From NCBI GenBank assembly GCA_943704425.1, contig CALSCP010002250.1, forward strand, positions 1 through 64,000: a DNA stretch of 64,000 nucleotides. Direction: 5' to 3'. The number at the start of each line of letters is the position of its first letter. Positions within the stretch are counted from its first letter, which is position 1. This document shows, piece after piece, positions 1-17,222 of this stretch. The DNA comes from Ministeria vibrans ATCC 50519. Taxonomy: Eukaryota > Protista > Filasterea. Below the pieces are notes generated by a model. The model saw only the letters and a list, made by a program, of their open reading frames with translations, searched no databases and had not been told where the DNA came from. A program made the position numbers and the translations under genes.

Positions 1-680
1 ACGCTACCTGATGTGATGACCTCATTGCCACCTCCCGTGCCCTTCAGCAGAGTAAGGTCCTCCTGCTCAGAGAGAGAGAGAGAGAAACAAAGTGATAGAG
101 AGAGAGAGAAACAAAGTGATAGAGAGAGACTTGAGTGTTTTGCAGGTAATCTCACAGTGTCTCAGTGTACCTCACTCACAGGCGGCATGTCGAGAAACTC
201 CTCCTCCGCATCAACCTCCTCCCCATGACTGTCGCCCACAGGAGGAGCGGTCGCATGGTAAGTCGTGCGGTGTGCAGAATCAGTGGAAAGCGCACTATCA
301 AAAAAAAGAAAAAAAAACAATTACAGACATTTTGAGTGTCCAAACGCCACTTGGCACGAGCGATGAATCACGCAAGACGACACAGGGAGGGCGCTGGCAG
401 AGGCTGGGGGGTGGAGGAAGTGCTGAGACAAGACAAAGTGGTAATGACGGAAGAGCAAAGAGAGAAATGTTTGGTGAAAGAGACAACACTAGACACAGAA
501 AACAGAAGAGACGCCCATAGACACACTCAGACGCACGCACACACGCAGCCGACAGCACAGAGCCCCTCCACCACCCCCACCACGACCCCCTCTGCGCGTG
601 GGAGGCCGCCATTCGTACAGGGGTTCTGAGACTGCGTCGTGAAACACCTCCGAGTCACTGTCGTCGGGATCGGCACTCAT
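1..680 (-). CDS. 5' part of an unknown protein with N-terminal FFAT-like motif(s); continues beyond the left edge of the window
   Basis: ATG at 680 gives MSADPDDSDSEVFHDAVSEP (acidic tract + EVFHDAV, resembling the FFAT consensus EFFDAxE). Phase-compatible GT-AG splicing to an exon at ~179-296 (ALSTDSAH...EEEFLDMPP) and a further short exon near 8-62. Exon choice is uncertain. Confidence 0.5.
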
Positions 681-1073
681 CGGCGGGGCTGAGGCGTGCG
701 GAGAACGGGGGCGGCGGTGAGCGTCGAGTTGCGGGACTCGTGAGATCGGAATAGGAGAATAGGATGAAATAAAATGAAAGACTGAAAGTATTATTGTCAT
801 AATTATTTGCTGCATTATTTTGGTTCATTCATCGGTGATTCATTGCTGCAAAAACAACAAAAGAAGCGGACACGGCCTGGACGGTTTTGGGGAGTTAGCC
901 AGTGCCCACTCACTGCCCAGTTAGTTGTTGGGGTCGATGGCCCAATGGGTGATCCGCTGGTCATTGACCCAAGACAAATTCAGTCTGGCGGGTCAAAAGT
1001 CAATAGTCATTTCAATTTTCAATTTCAAGAATAATTATTATTATTAATTAATAATTATTATAATCTGTCAAGC

Positions 1074-3564
<2,491 letters not shown>

Positions 3565-3700
3565 ACCCCAACCACTCACACACACACACACACACACACA
3601 CACCAACTTGTCAACAAACAAACATCACTTGACTAATAATAATATACTGACTCACACACACACACACACAATCTTTTAAAATACACTATGTTCGTCTTCT

Positions 3701-4835
3701 TCATGTTTGACTCAAGGGAAGAAAGGGAGTGCTCTCAGTGGGCTGAAGCCAATTGGTTGAAGGGTACTGAGCGGCACCATCGACAACGTGGAACGCATAT
3801 ACATCACGCGAAGCGTCCCTGAATCACACAACATAGTTGTTAAAGTGGCACACAGACAATTTCGCTTCATCACAGTCAAAAAGAAAACTTACGATGTGTT
3901 GAGACCACTTTTGTGTACGAGGAGTGCGTGGATGAGCACAAGATCGCCTTTAGAGACACAAATGGGCACATAGGCACTGTCGTCGTACTGTGGCAATGGT
4001 GCGGTGAATTCGAGTGTGGTGTTGTCGGTGGTGGCGTCGTGCACGCGCACAAAGCGACGTGCAGGCTCACTGGCGCCCTTGTGTGAGCCTGGAATCGCGT
4101 AGAGACAGCCGTTAGTGAGGGTAACGTCGTGAAGGGCAAGCCAGAAGCCAAGACACGAAGGCGGCGAGGTGTACAGAAACGTTGCGTCTTGGTGCTCGGC
4201 GACCGGTCCGCCAATGTGTGGATGCTTGAAAATCACCATCGACTGTGGAACAACAGGCTTCTTAATGCCAACAGCATGAGCAATAGCTGCCACACGCACA
4301 TCTTCAGTGACCTTTCGATAGAGCGGGTGGAGGACATGAAGTGCTGCAGAGACAAAATCATTCATACGTTGCGTCTCATACAAGAGCAGTCGTACCATGT
4401 CCAATCTTGTTCAAGGCACGCTCTTTCGGCACCACCAGCTTATCGTCTTCAAACGCTTTTGGCTCAAAGAAGTAGCGGATGCAATCGCCGCTGTTCATGA
4501 AATACGAATCGTTTGTCTGAAAGAGAAGAGATCGTTTCACTCCAAGTGCGAGTCTTTTTTCCTTTCGCCCTTAACAGACATACCTGCGTGTCTCCCGTTC
4601 CGAATTTCGCCATGGGGTGCTGGCTTACATCAAAGTCGGCTGCGAGCTTAACGCCAGCCGCGTAGAGGGCATCACAGTCGCTGTGAGACGCAAAGTGTTT
4701 GACAACAGCAAAGCCATTCGTGTCCAGCTGAAATACAGCAACAGGAGGCGGCGGTCAACGCCCACACGCACGCACGCACACACATACATACATACACACA
4801 CACCGGCATACCTGGGCGGCGGATTCCTCAAACAT
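3701..4835 (-). CDS. PHYHD1: Phytanoyl-CoA dioxygenase domain protein (Fe(II)/2-oxoglutarate dioxygenase)
   Basis: Spliced: YFMNSGDCIRYFFE, ALNKIGHALH, QSMVIFKHPHIGG..HQDATFLYT (HxD), GFWLALHD...NGCL..IPGSH, LVHKS (distal His), NWLQPT at the C-terminus. Confidence 0.92.
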
Positions 4836-4979
4836 TGTCGTCAAAAAAATGATTATTTTGGATAATTTCAGTAGTCAGATAATCAGATTCGGGTTAGGTG
4901 CCTGTTAGTCGACCTTGAAACCGCGTGGTTAGTGATAAGACAGACAGAGAATTGGCCGATTGCCCTTGCATCAAAGGCC

Positions 4980-5281
4980 ATGAATCCAATAGATCCAAAA
5001 GAACAACGATTGTAAGTATTTACTTTCACTTTTTTATGCTCTGTTGGGCTGTTCTCGCACTTGTCCTTCTCAGTCTCTACGGTGCGCACCGATACCGTTT
5101 GTTGCGTGCTCCAAGTGCCCCCCGCCGCCTTCCCACGACGCCCTCCGCGCCTCTTTTGCGCGATTCGGTCGACGGTCTCAAACTCGCACGACTCCACCAG
5201 CAGCTGCAGCAGTACAGGCTCTCGCGAGACTACGTCGACGCCCACCCGCCACCACCCTCTGTCGGCAGCGACGCAGTTTAA
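4980..5281 (+). CDS. Spliced 79-aa upstream ORF (MNPIDPKEQRFLYGAHRYRLL...GSDAV*), unknown function
   Basis: ATG at 4980. Frame-preserving phase-2 intron 5012-5073 (GTAAGT...CTTGTCCTTCTCAG). Exon 2 (5074-5281) ends in TAA, in frame with and 9 nt upstream of the ATG at 5291. Confidence 0.55.
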
Positions 5282-5290
5282 GCAGCGGCC

Positions 5291-6779
5291 ATGGCAGACG
5301 TGGAAGAGTGCGAAGAACAACCTCAAGTTGGCCCCAGTGCGTTTCTCTCTGGCCTGCGCAACCGCTTCCACCCGACGACCGCACCCGCTGCATCAACCAC
5401 CACTGTCACGTCTCTCGTGACGACGGGCGGCAGCGGCGACGACGCCCCGCCACACAGTGCGTCCAACAACGGCCCTTCGTCATCGCCGTCGCCTGACACG
5501 CTGCTGGACGACGATTATGACGAGCCCGACGCGGCCACAGCGGCCCCTGCTGTCCCCCATGCCGCAGCAGCACCGCTCATCGACACTGTTATGGGTGACG
5601 ACTTTGACCAGGACCCGTTGAGAGCGGTGCCTGCCCCTCTTCCCCAGACTGTTCTGGGCGACGACGTGGACACTCCACCTACTGCCGATGCCAACGCCAA
5701 TGCGATTGGTGACGACGACAGCAACGACAACGACAACGATCTCTCCCAATCAGATTTGTTGTCAGAAGAACTCCCTGCAGACCCTATCACATCCGATGAC
5801 TACGACACCACCACCAACGCTGTCGCGTTTGTCACGTCCGAACTCGACACGGTCATGAACGACGATTTTGACGAAGCAGTTCCTGACGACAACGACGACG
5901 ACGCTGACGACGACGACGACAATGTCTTGCCTGACACCATTCTCAGCGACGACGTTGATGAGGTACTCAGAGAGGGTGGTAGAGAGAACGAGTGCGAACT
6001 GAGATTTGTTGTGTGTCCTGTGTCCTTACAGTGGTTCTGACTTTCAGATTCCCCCCTCCTCATCCACCATCACCACCCATACTACGACCACAACAACAAC
6101 TACGACTTCTCACGACAGACAGCCTGCTGCAACACAAGATGGGTTTGTTGAAGACGACAAAGACACAGAGACAACATTGAGCGACGCAGAGCGCACCAGT
6201 CTCATGACTCGCCGCACTGCTCTCCTCACGGAACTCGCCCACATCAACACCGAACTGGGCGTCACCGGTGGTGGATCTTCATCCGACCAGGAAGAGAGCA
6301 CATACGAGTGCAATGTGTGTCTGGACGAGGCACGAGACGCCGTCGTCACGCAGTGCGGTCACCTCTTCTGCTGGCCCTGCCTCGCTCAGTGGCTCGACAC
6401 CCAACGCCTCTCATGCCCCGTCTGCAAATCAGGCGTCACGCGTGATCAGGTTGTTCCCATCTACGGGCGGGGACGGCCTTCCCTCAGCCCCGTCACTCCA
6501 CTCACCTCCGCGCGCCCCTCCGGCACCCAGTCTCAAGAACAACCCCATCCCAACCGCCACATCCTCCACCGTCTTCACCAGCATTTCTTTACCAACAACA
6601 ACAACAACAACAACAACAACGCGCACACCACTCTTTTCCCCTCTCTCATCTCTCTCCAATACGGAATGGGTCTCCCTCCTCTCACTGAAACCAATCCAAA
6701 TGCTGTCACTCACGTCCGCCTTTCCCGTTTCTTTCTGGCAATTGCTCTGATTGTTTGGTTTGTTCTTCTCTTCGCGTAA
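5291..6779 (+). CDS. RNF5/RNF185 (RMA1)-like C3HC4 RING E3 ligase with long acidic N-terminus and C-terminal membrane anchor
   Basis: YECNVCLDEARDAVVTQCGHLFCWPCLAQWL...CPVCKSGVTRDQVVPIYGRG; C-terminal LSRFFLAIALIVWFVLLFA*. One phase-0 intron at ~5963-6048. Confidence 0.88.
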
Positions 6780-6803
6780 ACCCCCCCCCCCCCCCCCCCC
6801 CCC

Positions 6804-7536
<733 letters not shown>

Positions 7537-7579
7537 TTCCTCCCCTCTCAATATGTTCCTCTCTCCCCTTTCTGCATAC

Positions 7580-9256
<1,677 letters not shown>

Positions 9257-9471
9257 ATTTCAAGATCACGCAACGCTTAACTGACAAAAAAAAAAAGATC
9301 AATGATTAAATTTTTTGAATTCCAATGAATAAACAATAATAATTTATAATTATTATAAAGTTTTCTGCTACGCATAAAGACTCAAGGCAGAATCCTCTGT
9401 CGCCTATTCGTCTGCCGTGATCTGACGTGAATCTGGACACGTTTCATTGTTTCCCTCTCCACAATACAATT

Positions 9472-10754
9472 ATGGCCTGGCTCGACTCTCTCGACACGAC
9501 CACGCCCTCGAGGTCACTCCAGATCGGATGTGCCATGAGCTATGCCCTCAGCAGCATTGGAATCATGTTTATTAACAAAGTTTGGCTCCAAAAAAAAAAA
9601 ACGAAATTAGGTTTACTCAGTTGGTCCTTTTTTGCTTTTGACAGATTGTGCTTACGTCGTACGGCTTTCCCTCGTTCCAATTCCTTGCCGTCTGCCAGTT
9701 CATTGCCACCATTGTGTGCCTACAGGTTGGCCCCAGCCGCTTCCTGCGTCGTCCGCTAACTATCCCCCATTTTCCCTTTCTCGATTTGACTGATCACGCA
9801 GATTTTGAAAATGTGCAATGTCCTCTCCTTCCCGTCTGCGTCTCTCTCGGTGCGTCACGGCACGGCCCACACCACGGCATGCATGCATGCAACGCCCCTG
9901 CTCACCCTCCGCGTCGTCTTCGTAGACCATCCGTGCGCTCATGCCTCTGCCCATCATCTTCCTCCTCAACTGCGTCTCAGGCCTGGGCGGCACCAAGCAC
10001 CTGAGCCTGCCCATGTTCACCGTGCTCCGTCGCTTTTCCATTGTCATGATTCTCTGTAAGTTTACACATTGGCGTCGCTCTCTGTGTCTGCCTATCTCTT
10101 GTCCGCTCACCCTCAATGTGCTGTCCGCTCGCAGTCATGGAAGCGTACATTCTGCATAAACCCGCGTCGCAGCGCACCAAACTGTCCGTCTTCCTGCTGA
10201 TCGCAGGCTCGCTCGTGGCGGCGTGGGCCGACGTGGGCTTCAACCTCACCGGCTACAGCTTGGTGCTCTTCAACGACTTTACAACGGCCCTGTACGGCGT
10301 CTACATGAAGAAGAAGCTCGAGTCTAAGGAGCTGGGGACGTTCGGCCTGCTCTTCTACAACAGCGCCGTCTCCATTCTGCCTGCAACGGCCATCATGATG
10401 GTCGTCCAGCCCGACGCCATTGGCAAGTCGCTGGACTTTCCTCTCTGGAACGACCCCCTCTTCGCATCGCTCTTCCTCTGCGCGACCCTCCTCGGCTGTG
10501 CCCTCAATATTGCCACTGTGCTCTGCACCAAAACAACCAGTGCCCTCACCACCGCCATGGTCGGCTCTCTCAAGAACACCCTCACCACGTACGTCGGCAT
10601 GTTTGCCGGCGGTGACTACATCTTCAACCCCACCAACTTTGCCGGTCTGACCATATCCGTTTCGGGCTCTCTCTACTACACCTTTGTCAAGTACGACGAG
10701 ATGAAGACGGCCAACAAACAGCTGCCAACTCCGGCCACTGCTTCTGAAAAGTAG
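9472..10754 (+). CDS. SLC35D-family nucleotide-sugar transporter (UDP-GlcA/UDP-GalNAc transporter-like)
   Basis: FINKIVLTSYGFPS, GLGGTKHLSLPMFTVLRRFS, YGVYMKKKLESKELGTFGLLFYN, SALTTAMVGSLKN..TYVGMFAGGDYIF; multiple TM segments; 4 GT-AG introns. Confidence 0.9.
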
Positions 10755-10804
10755 CTTTTTAAATTTGATGGTGTATTTACTCTCCCTCTCTCTCTCTCTC
10801 TCTT

Positions 10805-10840
<36 letters not shown>

Positions 10841-10882
10841 ACACACACACACACACAATCTCTCTTCTACATTGAAATGTTA

Positions 10883-13248
10883 TTATTGCTTCTTCTTGCG
10901 TTTTTTGCGCTGGTGCTTTGTCCCTTTGAGACCAAAGTCGTCGTCGTCGTCGTCATCGTCATCGTCGTGTGCTGCGTTGTAGCTGTACTGTCGCGCATAC
11001 AGATTGACAGAGTCGTTGTTGCTGCTGTTACTGGTGCTGTGTGATTCTTGTTGTTGCTGTTGAGGAGCGCTATGAACAGTCGTGTGAGAGAGAGGGTGCT
11101 CTTCGTCGTAGTGGCGCTTGCGACGACGCTCGCGGGTCGATGTCGGAGTGGTTGGTGCTGGTGTGGAAGGGTTTGATGCCTCTTGCTCGGCTGCAGTAGA
11201 CATGAGAAGTGCGTGAAGACCAGCAGTGGTGGTGGTCTCCCCTGGATCCTGTGCCTGGTGATGGTAGTAGGCGGCAGCGGCGGCAGCGGCTGCGTGTGGA
11301 TCCAAGATGGCTCCCCCGAGCGCAGCAGCAACGGGCGCGGTGTCGTACGGTAGTGGTGCTGTGACGTAGGGATCGCTCTTCTTGCTGGCTTTGCGTGGTC
11401 GCCACTCGATTCCAAGTCGCTCTAGACGTGCAATACGGTCCTGGGTCAGATCGCCGTCGCGATAGAGCTCGCGCTGTTTGCGCAGCCAGTCGCAAAGTGC
11501 CCGTTCAGCACCGACCCGCGACACGCGAGTGTGGCCCTCGCGCGCATGGAACGCCTCGAGAGCCAGCACATTGGCCTCCCAATTGTCGTGGGGTGTCGCC
11601 AGCATGCCGCTGGTGCTGCCCGAGCCCAGTCGCCATGTCACCCCTGAGCTCTCGAGCATCTCGACGCGTTTGCGTGACAATAGATCGTTTGCGTGTAGTG
11701 TGCGCTGCGTGTGTAGCCATCGCCCCAGTGCTGGGTTCTCCATCCAGCGCGCAGGTACTTCAGCGTGGCCAAAACGCGCCACGTACGCACGCAATTCAGC
11801 CAGTCGACAGTCAAAGGTGGGCTCAGCAGCAGCAGTGGGAGTAGGAGGCGCACTGGGCGAGCCCGAGTGATGGGGCGCGGGCGGTGACGGAGCAGCGAGG
11901 GCGGGAGGCGGGGAGGCAACAGTAGTGGCTGTTTCGGGGGCAGCCACAGGAGCAGGGGCAGAATCAAGAAATGTCTCGTGTGGAGAGCGCCAGACAAGAG
12001 GCAGTGCGTCGAGTCGCTGGGCAAGATGAACAGGGAGACAAAAGTTGTCTTGGAGGGCACGTTGTGAATCGACAAAGGCCATCAGATCGGGAGAAGGGGG
12101 TGGGAAGAGGGTGGAGAGGACAAGGGACGGTGCGCCGGGAGGGTGTGCCTTGCACAGATGTTGAAGTTGTGCGTAGTGTCGAGCCCATTCAGGGTCCAAT
12201 TCGGTGGGAGGAATAGAAGAAGAATCGTGTTCGTCAAAGGAAAGCGGAATGGGCTCACCAGTGCTGCTGCTGGTGGTGCGTCGGCGACCGCTAGTGGCGG
12301 TGCGGTAGGGACGGGAGTAGTCGCCGTCGACAAAGGCATGACGAGGGGCGCGCTTGCGACGGTCCGAAGTGCCCGTCGTGTCGAGGGGAAGGGCCGTGGC
12401 ATGTGTCTTGTCATCGACCAGCGATGAGGAGGATACGGATGAGTGCGACTGAGCTCGCGTGAGGTGGAGGACGGGAGCAGCACTCGTGGCGGTGGTGGTG
12501 GCGGTGGCAGCGGTAGAGGCGGCGGCGGCGGTGGTGGTGGTGGCAGCGGTAGAGGCGGCGGCGGTGGTGGTGGTGGTGGTGGATAAGGATGAGGAGGAGG
12601 ACGAAGAAGAAGCGGCGGAGGAAGGGTTAAAGGAGGAGGTGTTGGTGGTGATATTGTTGAGGGGCAGATTGGGCACGACAGTGTTGCCACTGTCGTCGTA
12701 GTGGTGTTGCTGGACGTGTGGTTGGTAGACGGCGTGCATGGGAGGGGTATATGGCTGGTAGAAGGTGTCGGAGGTGGGTGGTTGAGTTACAGCGACACTG
12801 GCGGTGGAAATGGTGGGGGGAGGAGATGGGACAGGAGTAACGTCAAAGGGGGCACTGGGGATGGTGGTGACGATAGTGGTGTCGGGGCAACCGACCTGTT
12901 CGAAGAAGTCGGGGTCTTCGTCGTTGTGTCCGTGGTCGAGGAGAGGAGCGACGTCGTCAGGGACAACAACAACAGCAGTGGGAGTGACAGAGTGGGCAGA
13001 GTCGGTGGTGGTGGTGGGAAGCGGAGGGGCCGTGGTGGTGGTCGTGGCGGCGGCGGCGGTGGGAGTGGTGGTAATGATGGTAGGAGTGGTGGTGGCGGCA
13101 GTGGTGACGGGAGTGGTAGAGTCTGTGGTAGCGGAGGCGGAAGGAGCTTCGGGAAGAAACAGAGGTAGGGGCTCGACGGGTTCGAGCGAGAGGTCGGGGA
13201 GAGAGATGTCGGGGGTGTGAGGCACGAGGGGAGGGTATAACTGATGTT

Positions 13249-13297
<49 letters not shown>

Positions 13298-14803
13298 ATA
13301 TTGGATGGCCGGGGAGAGAGTCGGAGAGCCGACGCGCGAAACGGATGGCGAGTGAACAACGGAATTGCGAGCGGAGGAGACGCGGGAGCGTGCACGGGAC
13401 TGGCTTTTAGGGGGACGACCGCGCGGAAGACCACGGGCCTTGCGAGGTGAGCCGTATTCCAGATCCATGTCGATGGCCATGGGAACGCCCAAGCTGTGAC
13501 TGTTGTTGTCATTGTGAAGGTTGTTGTGAATGAGGCTGTTGGAGTTGTTGTGAAGGTGGTGACTCTGGTGATGGTACGTGTCAGCGTCGTTGTACATGTC
13601 ATACTCGTCGTCGTCAAGTTCGTCCTGGTCGTGGTCTTGGTGGTAGTCGCGCACGCGCGCACTTGGTCGCCGTTTGCGTAGCCTTGATGAGTACACGCCG
13701 CCACTGTCATTGCCAGTGTTGGCATTGTCCGTAGTCTCGTCGGTTGCCGAGTCGGCTGTACCGCCTTGCAGTTGTTCCTGCTGCTGCTGCAGCTGTTGTT
13801 GCTGGTAAAAGTCACTGCGACTGGTGGAAGCATACTGGTAGAGAGGACGGGAGGGGGGCAGGGGTGACTCTTGTGGTTGTTGTAGTTGGGCATCGTGAAA
13901 GGAGAAATCGTCGGGATCGCAAACGGAGACACGACTGGAGGGGACACGCGACGAGTCGCCGTGAGTGCCGCCAAAGAGACTACCACGATGCAGGATCATG
14001 TTGATGCCCGGTCGAGCCAGTGCCAGGGGATCGGGAGCGCTGTGCAACGCAAGCGATGCTTGCGTGGGGGCACTGAAAGGAGGCGGAGGAACGAATGGAC
14101 ACAATTGATCGAGCGAGAAGAGCGGTGCGTCGTCGTCGGGGCGACCGTAACGCTCGACAAGCGTCTCGTGCGAGTCTGCATCGTCCTCGCCCGCCAGCGG
14201 CTGGTCAACAGCGTGTGGAGTGGGCGCGCTGGGCGACGGATCGGATTCGGTGGAGTCGTTTTGGGGCACATACGATTCGACGAGAGGCGCATCGGGAGCA
14301 AGAACGCGCTCGGCGATGGCTATTCTCCGGACACGCGCCCTCTCTGGGTCGACGTTGAGGCCACGCGAGCGAGCCGAGGATGTGGCAAGCAAGGGGCTAT
14401 CGGCCTGAACGTAGTCGACGCGCGGGGGCGACGGCACGGCCGCACTGACGGAATCTGCGGCATTTTCACCCACGACAAGAGTGGTCGTGGTCGCGGTGTC
14501 AGCGAAGGTGACAGACGGCGCCTGTGCCACAGACGCATTCGCGCCGTCCGCGCCGTCCGCGGGGGGGTCGGCAAAGAGATTGGCATGCGCAAAGTCGACC
14601 GTGCCGACGATCTTGTCGCTGTCGAGCAGAGTAACGGCGTTGTCGTTGGACGCGCGCGTGTTGATAAGGCTGTCAAGATCGTTGACGTCGTTGACGCCGT
14701 GCTCGGTCCCCAACAACGCCGTCGCTTCCACCAACGTCGTATCGTTTACTGGCGCCAATGTCACCGCGGTTGGGAGATCCGCAGTGACCGCAGGGGCGCT
14801 CAT
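10883..14803 (-). CDS. Intronless ~1300-aa low-complexity protein with AT-hook, polyQ, two helicase-associated (HA, PF03457-like) domains and C-terminal NLS
   Basis: HA repeats FDCRLAELRAYVARFGHAEVP...LGRWLHTQR...LSRKRVEMLESSGVTW and WEANVLALEAFHAREGHTRV...LCDWLRKQR...LTQDRIARLERLGIEW (~11400-11815). AT-hook PRGRPPK near 13410. Ends QRKKRKKKQ. Confidence 0.85.
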
Positions 14804-14944
14804 GACGAACAAGAAAGAAAAAAAGAAACGAGAAAAAAAAATAGTGGTAAGTGGTGCCGAATTTTTCTAAAGTTACCACTTCCTCATAATGAGACAAAAG
14901 AAAAAAGACTCTTGAGCGCGATTGCGTTCATTTTATTTATTTTA

Positions 14945-17025
14945 TTACTTCGACATGGACTTGGTGAGGACTTCAGTGAGGTCGACGCCAGTGAGGGCAT
15001 GGACAGCGGGCGGCAGCTGGCCCAGCAGCTTGGTGACCTCGTCGGTGACCTTGTTGCCCGAGTCACCGGCAATGATGACCACCTCGCCTGTCTTGGCGAG
15101 CGGTGCAGATGCCTCCGCTGCAATCTTGGGAAGCACTTCAAGAGCCATGGAGAGCACGGCGGCGTCGCCATACGACTTGTACGCCTGCGCCTTCTTAGAC
15201 ATGCGCTCTGCCTCTGCACCTCCAATGGCCGCGATGGCAAACGCCTCTGCGCCTCCCACCAGTTTGATAGCCTGCGCTTCACCCTGTGCCCGCACGATCT
15301 GTTCCTCCTTGTTCGCCTGAGCCAGCGTCTCCGTCTCGAACTTTTGCGCGTCGGCGGGCCGTCTGACAGTCGCCTCCAATTCACGATCGCGCAACGTAAT
15401 CTCCTCCTCAACCACCTCAATCTTCTTGCGACGCTCCACCACCTTAATCTCCAGCTCCTCCTCTTGAATACGCTGGTTCACCTGTGCCGACCGCAGCGGG
15501 AAGGCATGGTCAGCGGTAGCCTTGGCCGTGAACACCTCCTGCTTGTACGCCGCCTTCTTCAGCTCGTACTGTCGCTCCGCATCCGCAATCCCTGTGTCCG
15601 CATCAAACTTGCGACGCATCATCTCTTGCTCCGCATGCGACCGCAGCACGCCAGCCTGACTGTTCGCCTCCGCCACGCCAATGGCCGCGGCGCTCTTTAC
15701 CTCCTCTGTGCGCTTTGTGCCCAGTGCCGCCAAATAGCCCACCTTGTCCGCCAGATCCTTAACCGTAAAACTCAAAATCTCAACCCCCATCTTGCCCACG
15801 TCCGGTGCCGCCACTTCGCGCACCAAATCCGCAAACTTCTCTCGGTCCTGAAAAGAAGATGAAAAGGATTTTAATGCAAAAAGAAAAAAAAAAAAAAAAA
15901 CAAAACAAAACAACACAAATGTTCGTGCGTCTCTTTTTTGTGTTGTGGCTGGTTTTACCCTGTAGACTTCCTCGACGGTGAGCGTGCCGAGAATGGCTCG
16001 GAGATGGCCCTCAAGCGTCTGGTTGATGACGTTGGAAATGTCGCCCACGCTCTTGCCCAGAAACTGCTCCATCGCCGTCTTGAGCAGCGTGTCGTTGGTC
16101 AGGAACTTCACCTGTGCCACTCCGTTCACCGTCAGCGCAACTCCCTCCTTGGTTTCCACCCCTTCACATGTGGGCGACAGCGTCATCACTTCCAGCAGCA
16201 GACTACGCGCCCATGGTGAGTCAGTAACGCCATTGGAAGTTCGTTAGGCAAGACGACGACGAGGAGCTTCATCTTGGAAATACGAAAAAATTTATTCACA
16301 ATTGAAAATTTGANNNNNNNNNNTTTTTTTTTGTTGAGCGCAATTGAGTCAATATCTGCCTCATATGCGTCCAGGGCAGGGGTTAAGACGGGTGTAGTTA
16401 CATGATGAAAGTGATAATGCGGCAAAAACAAACAGGATAAGATCACTTGCGAAAAAAGAAGCAAACGAAAAATAGAGAAATTCTCGAGAAATACAATTTT
16501 GCAGCGGCCAACACCGATGGGGCCATCGGCGTAGGTGTAGTTCGCGTGGGCCGTGGTGTGCGTAGCAAGACATTGCTCAACAGAACGACAGAATTTTGTT
16601 TTTTCTGTTTCTTTTCGTTATTTTTTTTTTTTTTTTTGTCTCTTTCTCTCTCTCTTTCGCTCTCGTTCAAAACTAATCGTTACCGCTGCACGTCGGAGCA
16701 GAACCACCATGACCAGGCACACTGACCATAGACGATCTTTTTGGTCTCCGAGCCACCGCAGCCACCTGCAGAGGGGAGAGAGGAGAGGGAGAGAGAGAGA
16801 GAGAGAGAGTGAGTGAATGTATTGAGTGATTTTGTGTGTGATTGTATGTGATTGTGTGTGATTGTGGTGGTGGCGTGGACATGGCGCCATGGGCGGGTGT
16901 TGGGGAGTGCAGGAATGCGTTGGGAGAAGGAGGAGAGATTGCAAAAATCGCACGAAAAAATGGATGCAACACATACCCGAGACAACGAGAGCCTCGTTGG
17001 GGCCGACAACGTTGCAGTTTCCCAT
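14945..17025 (-). CDS. FLOT2: Flotillin (flotillin-2/reggie-1-like)
   Basis: MGNCNVVGPNEALVVSGG (myristoylation-type start), LEVMTLSPTCEGVETKEGVALTVNGVAQVK, QTLEGHLRAILGTLTVEEVY, DREKFADLVREVAAPDVGKMGVEILSFT, LPPAVHALTGVDL. Confidence 0.93.
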
Positions 17026-17222
17026 GGCGAGTAATGAGAAAGAAGAATCACAAGAAAGTGAATTATTAAAAATTATTTAGATTAATTATTTTTTGTTTTT
17101 GTTACTGGTCTCAGTGCAGACTGTAGAACTTAGAAGTGCCGAGTCACACTACTCGCCCTGTTGCCCAGTCGCTTCACTAGAGTGCCGTTTGATCGCTGGC
17201 TTGGCGAGACGAGCGCTGAGTC

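Noticed and set aside
5036-5075. Apparent signal peptide MLCWAVLALVLLS in the ORF track
   Set aside because: It lies within a clear GTAAGT...CTCAG intron; the hydrophobicity comes from the polypyrimidine tract.
13886-15862. 658-aa plus-strand ORF antisense to flotillin and the HA-domain gene
   Set aside because: No recognisable domain; explained by codon bias of the real minus-strand genes (antisense shadow ORF). The same applies to 53550-54794 and other overlapping ORFs.
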